DNA of 64,000 nt from Octopus sinensis. Taxonomy: Eukaryota. Of the stretch, positions 56,216 to 64,000 are shown one piece after another. The first letter of the stretch is position 1, and each line of letters begins with the position of its first letter. Where the stretch lies: NCBI RefSeq assembly GCF_006345805.1, contig NC_042997.1, forward strand, positions 60,512,001 to 60,576,000, given 5' to 3'. The notes beneath the pieces are model-generated. The model ran no database searches. It was not told the DNA's origin and saw nothing but the letters and a program-made list of their open reading frames with translations. The translations under genes and the position numbers were made by a program.

Positions 56216-56794
56216 ATAAAACCATTTACCTCGTTATTTTTTTAAGGTCATACCTAGGTTTCAAATTTTTATTTAGCAAATAAAATAATTTGCCAGGCAA
56301 AATTCTGATCAGTAACCACGCCATAACGTTAACATATAATTTAGAGACAAATAACACGTGTCTCATCATTATATATAATTTTTCAAATTCACTGTGCAAG
56401 CGCAGTTTCAGTTGGCAGCAAATGAAAAAATGCCGAACTAATCTTCTGAAAATGGTAAAATCATATACGTACAATATATAGGGTAGAGAGTTTTTTTTGA
56501 AATTTCACTACTAGTGGCCGAGCATATATGAAATGTCAATAGACAAAATATTCTCAATATAAAATAGTGTACATTTAAACACAAGAGAAGCTGCCTTTAA
56601 CAGGCAGCTTTACACGCTAGAAGGAGCAGTCAAAATTACCAAAACCATATACATATGTATACACATATATACTCGTACATGTATATATACATATATTTAG
56701 TAAAATTTAGATTCAGATGAATACAGAACTGAAGTTAAAGGCACCAGAATTTAGTATGGTATTATCCATATAATTCAAAATGGGGTGATTATAA

Positions 56795-56844
56795 TCAAAA
56801 TAAGCAACAAGGATACCTCTGGATATCCTTGTTGCTTATTTTGA
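56795..56844. repeat. Perfect 21-bp inverted repeat with 8-nt loop
   Basis: TCAAAATAAGCAACAAGGATA-cctctgga-TATCCTTGTTGCTTATTTTGA. Confidence 0.95.
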
Positions 56845-56847
56845 CTA

Positions 56848-56848
56848 C

Positions 56849-56899
<51 letters not shown>

Positions 56900-57070
56900 T
56901 ATACATATATATATACATATACATACAAATATATATATATACATACACACAGACATATATATATACACACACATATATACATACATATATACATATATGT
57001 ATATATACACATACATATACATATTTATGTATATATGTAAACGTATATACATATATATATACACGTATAG

Positions 57071-57101
<31 letters not shown>

Positions 57102-57177
57102 ATATATATATACACACACATATATACATACATATGTACATTTATGTACATATATACATATATATATACACACATAT

Positions 57178-57221
<44 letters not shown>

Positions 57222-57285
57222 ATGCACATATATATACATATGCACACATATATACATATATCTATTCATATATATATATATAGGT
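56848..57285. repeat. Compound (TA)/(CA) microsatellite
   Basis: Direct inspection. Confidence 0.95.
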
Positions 57286-57316
57286 TTTTATTTATACATT
57301 TTTATTCTATTCTTGT

Positions 57317-57513
57317 TTAACCTTTAGCATTTAATTTGGCCGTATCTGGCCCAAATATTCTAGTTGTTTCATGTTAAAACTGATCAGATGCAACCTCTCA
57401 CACCTACCCTACAATGTCATTCTCAACATTGAAATCTTGAAGCCACAAAATTTATTCAAAGCAATGTGAATAAATAAACAATTCACTTGACAAAAAACTC
57501 TGAACACTAAAGG
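57317..57513. mobile_element. TTAA/piggyBac-type MITE
   Basis: Left end ttaacctttagcatt, right end actaaagggt; a related decayed copy lies at ~51500-51710. Confidence 0.55.
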
Positions 57514-57913
57514 GTGCAGGAGTGGCTGTGTGGTAAGTAGCTTGCTTACCAACCACATGGTTCTGGGTTCAGTCCCACTGCGTGGCACTTTGGGCAGGTG
57601 TCTTCTACTATAGCCTCGGGCCGACCAATGCCTTGTGAGTGGATTTGGTAGACGGAAACTGAAAGAAGCCCGTCATATATATGTATATATATATATATAT
57701 GCATGTGTGTGTTTGTGTGTCTGTGCTTGTCCCCCCACAACATCTCTTAACAACCGATGCTGGTGTGTTTACGTCCCCGTCACTTAGCGGTTCGGCAAAA
57801 GAGACTGATAGAATAAGTACTGGGCTTACAAAGAATAAGTCTCGGGGTCGATTTGCTCGATTAAAGGTGGTGCTCCAGCATGGCCGCAGTCAAATGACTG
57901 AAACAAGTAAAAG
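57514..57913 (+). mobile_element. tRNA-derived SINE (same family as 20654)
   Basis: Close full-length similarity to 20654-21035, including the internal microsatellite. Confidence 0.92.
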
Positions 57914-57919
57914 AAAAAA

Positions 57920-58327
57920 AAAAATATATATATACACATACATATATATGTATACACATGTATATATACATATATATACACATACATATATATGTATACA
58001 CATGTATATATACATATATATATGTATATATACATATATATACATGTAAATATACGTATATATGTATATGTATCTATATACATATATATATACATACATA
58101 TATATGTATATATATATATACATGTACATATACGTATATATGTATATGTATCTATATACATATATATATATATGTATCTATATACATATATATATATACA
58201 TACATATATATGTATATATATATACATGTACATATACGTATATATGTATATGTATCTATATACATACACACACACACACATATATACACACATATATGCA
58301 CATATATATATATACACTTACATATAC
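57920..58327. repeat. Compound microsatellite with ~62-bp higher-order repeat
   Basis: The unit tatacgtatatatgtatatgtatctatatacat... recurs three times. Confidence 0.85.
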
Positions 58328-58672
58328 ACGTATATATATATATATACATGACTCAGTGGTTAGAGTGTCGAGCTTATGATCATGAGGTTGTGAGTTCAAT
58401 TCCCGGACTGGGCTGCATGTTGTGTTCTTGAGCATGACACATTATTGCACATTGCTACAGTTCACTCAGCTGTAGAAATGGGTTGCGACATCACTGGTGC
58501 CAAGGTGTATCGGCCTTTGCCTTTCCCTTGGATAACATCAGGGTGTGGAGAGGGGAGGCTGGTATGCATGGGCAACTGCTGGCCATTGATAAACAACCTT
58601 GTCTGGACTTGTGCCTCAAAGGGTAACTTTCTAGGTGCAATCCCATGGTCATTCATGACCGAGGGGTGGCGC
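58328..58672 (+). mobile_element. tRNA-derived SINE (fourth family; CORE/V/Meta-like body)
   Basis: TGACTCAGTGG A box, GAGTTCAATTCC B box, then gtgttcttgagcatgacac...cagttcactcagctgtagaaatggg. Confidence 0.8.
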
Positions 58673-58676
58673 ACCA

Positions 58677-58710
<34 letters not shown>

Positions 58711-58714
58711 TACA

Positions 58715-59870
58715 TACTACATATGTGGAAAATTTTGTCTGTTGGTGCGTTTGTTTGTGGAGTTGTTAGCTAACTCCTCCTACATTGTTTTATCAATTTT
58801 GATGAAACTTGACACATGAGTAGAAAATGCATGTCCGGACACCTTGTGACATACTTAGATTGTTGAAAAAAATTGATAATAGGGTCTCTGGAAGGGATCC
58901 TTATATCTACTACATATAAGTAATATACTTTATTCAAACACCCAAGGGAAATAGCCCATAGCACCTGCACTTACAATTGTCAGTTTTTAGCGAAGCAATC
59001 AATATTTGATTCTCACAATCAGCCAACCTAATTTTGCATTTCATTACTCACAGAAAACTGCTAAACCTTATTATTGCACTCTCTTGATTTGAATCTTAAA
59101 CCTTAAAGACTTCATTCATACATTTATATACATACATTCTTTTTTGTGCTAACCTTATTAATACACTTTCTTAATTTGAATCTTGAACCTTAAAAACTTC
59201 ATTCATACATTTATATACATACATACGTTTTTGCACTTATATACTACACTTATTTATTAGCTTTAATAAATTAGCCTTGATAAAGTTTAGCTTTAAAATG
59301 TCATGATGACTAAGAGTACGAGTGGGTACTTTTACTTCCCTAAGTAGCTGCTCTAATGTGACACTTGCGATCTCAAGTAAGTCTCCCATTCATTATATTT
59401 GATATGTACTAAATCAAACAATTATTCTTCAGCTATTCTACTTCAATATCTAAAAAGTTATATACATACTGTTGTAATTAATTTAGACCATTATTAGACA
59501 TTTTTTCAACATCTCCAAATAACTAAATGCTGGCAATGCATGCAGGGTTTTCAGTTAAATTTGATTACATTTTGAATGTCCATAACTCCAATAATTCTGC
59601 ATTTTTCCAGTTAAACTTTTTCGATGACAGAAGATAAATTTTTAATTCTAGAATGTATTTAATAAGTGTGTCTCAATCCTGTTTTTTCTCATGGTCAGAT
59701 CTATGTTGGATGCTCTAGAGATGGAAATCCAGAAAATTTAATCACCTATGCACCTAACGGCAAAACTAAAAACATTGTGTATCACGAAGCATTTGTGTTT
59801 ATTCAATGTATATCAACAAAGGATATAATCATCAGTGAGAAAGCCAAGAAACTGCTCCCGCGTCACTATT
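58715..59870 (+). mobile_element. Internally deleted Helitron
   Basis: 59666-59790 encodes CLNPVFSHGQIYVGCSRDGNPENLITYAPNGKTKNIVYHEAF, the PIF1-like RepHel C-terminus (FSHGQLYVxxSR...KTKNIVY). The 5' part resembles non-autonomous Helitron ends; outer boundaries are approximate. Confidence 0.7.
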
Positions 59871-59944
59871 AGGAACTTGTAACCAATGACACTACTACCC
59901 TAAAACATAATACAATTTTCTTTTTAATTTAAGAATTCATTATC

Positions 59945-60065
59945 TTTTACTTGTTTCAGTCATTAGACTACAGCCATGCTGGGGCACCACCTTGAAAGGT
60001 TTAGTCAAACAAATCAACTCCAGTACTTATTTCCAAGCCTGGTGCTTATTCTGTCAGTCTGTTTG
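59945..60065 (-). mobile_element. SINE 3' fragment (20654/57514 family)
   Basis: ttttacttgtttcagtcatt...gccatgctggggcacc is the reverse complement of the family tail. Confidence 0.75.
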
Positions 60066-61381
60066 TGACACAGATATTCATAATGATAATGATTCTAATT
60101 TCAATTATAACCAAAAAACACAATTAAAATACACCCAATACAGAAGTTTTTTTTTTAAAAAATGAAACAAAATCAAGCTCATTGAAAAAATCCATGGAGA
60201 AGAATTAGCTTTAGGACACATTAAATACAATTAAATGGCAAGTAACAAAAGATTCCCTTCCATTGAAAAAAAGAAAAATTGATTGTCAGACCAAGCCAAG
60301 CTATCAGAATACCTAATAATACTACTGTAAATTTTACATTAAAAATTATTTTCCTAGGGAACTTTTGCTTCATGCTGTTCCTTTCAAAAAGATTGTGCCA
60401 TGAAAATTACATTTACTGCAGTTGTAAACAAGATTATAAGAACATACCAATTCATCAAAAAAAACTTTCATGGAGAAATGGAATGAATTTATAGTAAAAA
60501 AAAAAAAGCTGAATTGGAACTCAGATAAAAGGGAAATTATAACCCAATAACTTTGAGAATTGTTTTGATCAAAAAGTGATTTAAACTCAACAAACATAAT
60601 AGACATCTTGTTCTCTGATCTAAAAATACAATAAGTATTCAAAGTTAAATTAGAAAATGAGAAAAGAAAACAAATTACAAAAAGTTTAAAATACAGAATA
60701 GTAAAAGAATGATAGTGCTTCAAAAAACGTGTCTAAAAGCAACATTTTACAGAAGCTTTTTATTATTTTTTTTATTTTAAAGAGAACATGTACATTTGTG
60801 TACACAAACTTGATATAAATTTAAATAGCTCTAAACAATCATGATTTATATAATGAATCATATACAAATGCAATAACTGACACAAGAAGGTTTAACAAAA
60901 TATAAAGAGATCAATTGAGGACAATGACTAATCAATGCCATGCTAGAGAAAATAAAAAACTCTAAGTAGAAAATAATATACAAGCAAAGCGAAATTCTAG
61001 ACACAAGGACATCTGGAAATAAGGCAGCAAAATAAAAAAGTTCAAAGAAAATATGTCAAAGAAGATTGACATCATGGACATTGTATGTATGTGCAGCCTA
61101 AAAGTTGGAGGAAATTGTTTCTAATACCAAAGGAAGCAATCCAGTCTTAGCAAGTGAACATTAAAGTTGTTAGAGATTTTTGACTTACGTAACAAACCAT
61201 CTCTCTTAATAGGTGAAATATAAATAACCATATAAATAACAAAACTGAAGAATACATGAACACCAGAGATATTATTTCTACTTAATACTAACTGAAAAAT
61301 CTTGAGCAAAATGGCAGTGTAATAAAAGCATTATAAAAAATAGTTTCACTTTTAAGTATTTCTTCTAGATATTAATATATT

Positions 61382-61422
61382 TTCTCTCTCTCTCTCTCAC
61401 ACACACACACAGACACACACAT

Positions 61423-61462
<40 letters not shown>
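61382..61462. repeat. (TC)n(AC)n microsatellite
   Basis: Direct inspection. Confidence 0.95.
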
Positions 61463-61465
<3 letters not shown>

Positions 61466-64000
61466 AGAAAAGCACAATATTCTATTGATATATGAATTTA
61501 GTTGTTTTAAAGAAAAGTTTATTCCAAAGAACTACATCAACAATTAACAATTTCTCAACTAAATTTGAAACAGACTACCAAATGTAATGGGCTCTGTAGA
61601 GATTCAATTTCCTATTAAAACTGAATGCAAAAAGTGATTATGTATATACTGTTGTAGCACATGTATATCATCCATCACTGAAATTTACTAATGAAAATTT
61701 CATAAACATACCTATAAATGCAAATACTTAACAGTTACTGTTGGTAATCAGTTCTTTTAAAGAGAAGCCATCTTTCTCAAATAAAAGTGAAACATTAAGT
61801 AGCTATCCTAACCATTTCTATAGTACTTGCTATAATGATTATTCCAACAGTGCATAAGCTAAATTAATTCAGTTCATTTATTCTAAATCCAGATCCAACT
61901 AAATTAAATAACATATTACTTAGTGCTTTTAATTTAATTGTAAATATTAATAATACAACTAATTTGACATAACAAAGAATATTTGGGATGAAGTATATTC
62001 TAAAACATGAATGTGATGAACAAAAGAATGAAATAGAAGAAATTCAGAGGTCTGAACTGCAAGACAGTAATAATAGCAAGATAGATTACATAACAGATAA
62101 TGCTATGAATGATCACAATATGGAAAAGGAGTCTTTAATAATTAGAAATTAATCACCAACATGATCAAGAATAAAATTTAGTAAACTATTGATACACAGA
62201 ACACATTTCAGGAGATCAAGTTGGAAGAAGAAAAGAAATTTAGATTTTTTTTAATGTATAAATTTTGTTACAGTTGACATTATAATAAATTCCTACAACC
62301 CATTTTAACCAGGTCAGGACCATACAAATATAAATGAAAAATTAGGTTACTCTGGTATTTTGATGATTTCACCTGTCTGTGCCTTACAATTGGTTAAGCT
62401 TGACATTAGAATCTACATTAGATAAACCTACACATTTTTAATACTATAATTACAGACTATAACTTTCAGTATTTAGCAAATAAGCTTTATTACATTTAAT
62501 ATATATATATCTAAAAAAAATCTTACTGTACACAAAAGAAGATAGTATTGTTAATTAGTTCTTTTCATTAACTTTTAAGCAATTAAAATTAGTTTGCACA
62601 GGATAAAAGAACAAAAGAACTTAAAACATTTATTAATTTATGAATATATTGTATGCTAATTCTTAGGAAATATTGAAGCTTATAAATTTATGTTAATGAA
62701 CAATTTATTACAACTCATTTCTTTACAATGTAATAAGAAAATAGTTCATTAAAAAAGATTTATTTATAATAAATATTATTATTTCAAATATGCAGTAATG
62801 GTTACTTTTTAACTTATATATTTTACATTATACAGTTTATGATATTAAACATACAACTAACATTTAAAAAAATGAATTTTAATTAGACAAATTAAGAAGT
62901 AATGTCACACATTATGTTTCACCTTATGTTAATATTTTAATTTCTTTCCTTTTTTTCTTGTTTTTTTTTTTGTTTTGTTTAGGACCTCGATGCAAAAATA
63001 TGAGGTACTCTACTAATGACTACAGCATTTAGCATAATCCATTACAAAGTGTATCAAATTCACTGCTAAACTAATAATGATTACATCTTTAACTAAACAC
63101 AAAGTATTTTCTGGAAGTAGATGTAATAATATTGTTTGAAGTATCCTTGGTATTATTTCAATTACAGTAAGGAATGGAAGCAAAATCAATTCAGTACATT
63201 TCAAACAGTAAAGCAATACACTAGATATTATAAAATAGGTTAAACTTCTTTAGGTTTTGGCTAACTTGAATAATTATTTATCAAGCACAAAGTAGCAACT
63301 GAATGGATCGTACTAAATTTCTGAAACCACTGGATCATTGGGGCACCATCTTAGTAACTGTTTATGCAATGTATCTAGAGCAAACTGAATGTAAATAATA
63401 ATAATAATAATAATGTTCTAATGTGCATTAGATGTAAGAAATTAGCATCAATTTTTCATTTATTTGCATCAAACACTTTAGCAATTTAAAAGGAAAATAA
63501 GAAATAAATCACAAAATCAATGAAACCCTTCTTAAATGAAGTTAATATTTGAGAATGTGGAGAAAAGAAATGAAAACACCAACAAAGCAAACACTAAATC
63601 ACCACTTGACATACACTGAATGCTTAAGAAATAAGATTTTAATCATGAACATTTTTAGTGAAATAATAAGAACTACAAAAATAGAAATGCTCAACAGCTG
63701 CTCAGAAAAGCTATATGATCTAAAACATCTAAGAAATAATCACAGAAAGATGAAGACAAGAAAGAAAAATGATGAAAATCAGAAATCTCCAGTTTAAATA
63801 AATACAACCCTGGCTTGTGCTCATGCTGGAACAAATATAATGAAGCCTGTGTGTATATTTGTTTGTGTGTATGTGTGCTTGCTAAGGCATATGAAACATG
63901 GGACATTTGGCTGGTTACTGGACTTGCAACATTGAGAGCTAAGTTCAAGCCAATCTATTGCTGCTATGTGAGTGGTACAGACCTTGGGCAAGACTATCAC

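Noticed and set aside
58328-58410. tRNA gene-like A/B boxes (also at 20654, 52106 and 57514)
   Set aside because: No complete cloverleaf, and they continue into SINE bodies; these are SINE heads, not tRNA genes.
62000-62160. Short acidic open stretch resembling a Tigger C-terminus
   Set aside because: Similarity is too weak to call.

Overview
AT-rich eukaryotic genomic DNA, most likely cephalopod (Octopus-like; inferred from the SINE/LINE repertoire and the very high (TA)n content, not proven). The only host gene I can support is MAP2K7/MKK7 (hemipterous-like JNK kinase) on the minus strand. Eight internal coding exons lie at 1001-13457; they have GT-AG boundaries and splice into one open frame of 776 nt. 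The first coding exon and the last kinase exons are not recognisable here, so 13.5-64 kb is probably a very large intron, possibly with micro-exons. This region is filled with transposon fossils: RTE LINEs of two families, a CR1-group LINE piece, tRNA-derived SINEs, an internally deleted piggyBac, a full-length but broken D,D34D mariner, a pogo/Tigger fossil, a deleted Helitron, hAT MITEs and long microsatellites. The most interesting unexplained signal is a set of small, mutually unrelated elements, mostly embedded in or next to (TA)n. They carry long fold-back arms and/or minimal type-I hammerhead ribozyme motifs, including a U3-A8 covariant core. This suggests Penelope-derived or retrozyme-like self-cleaving retroelements.
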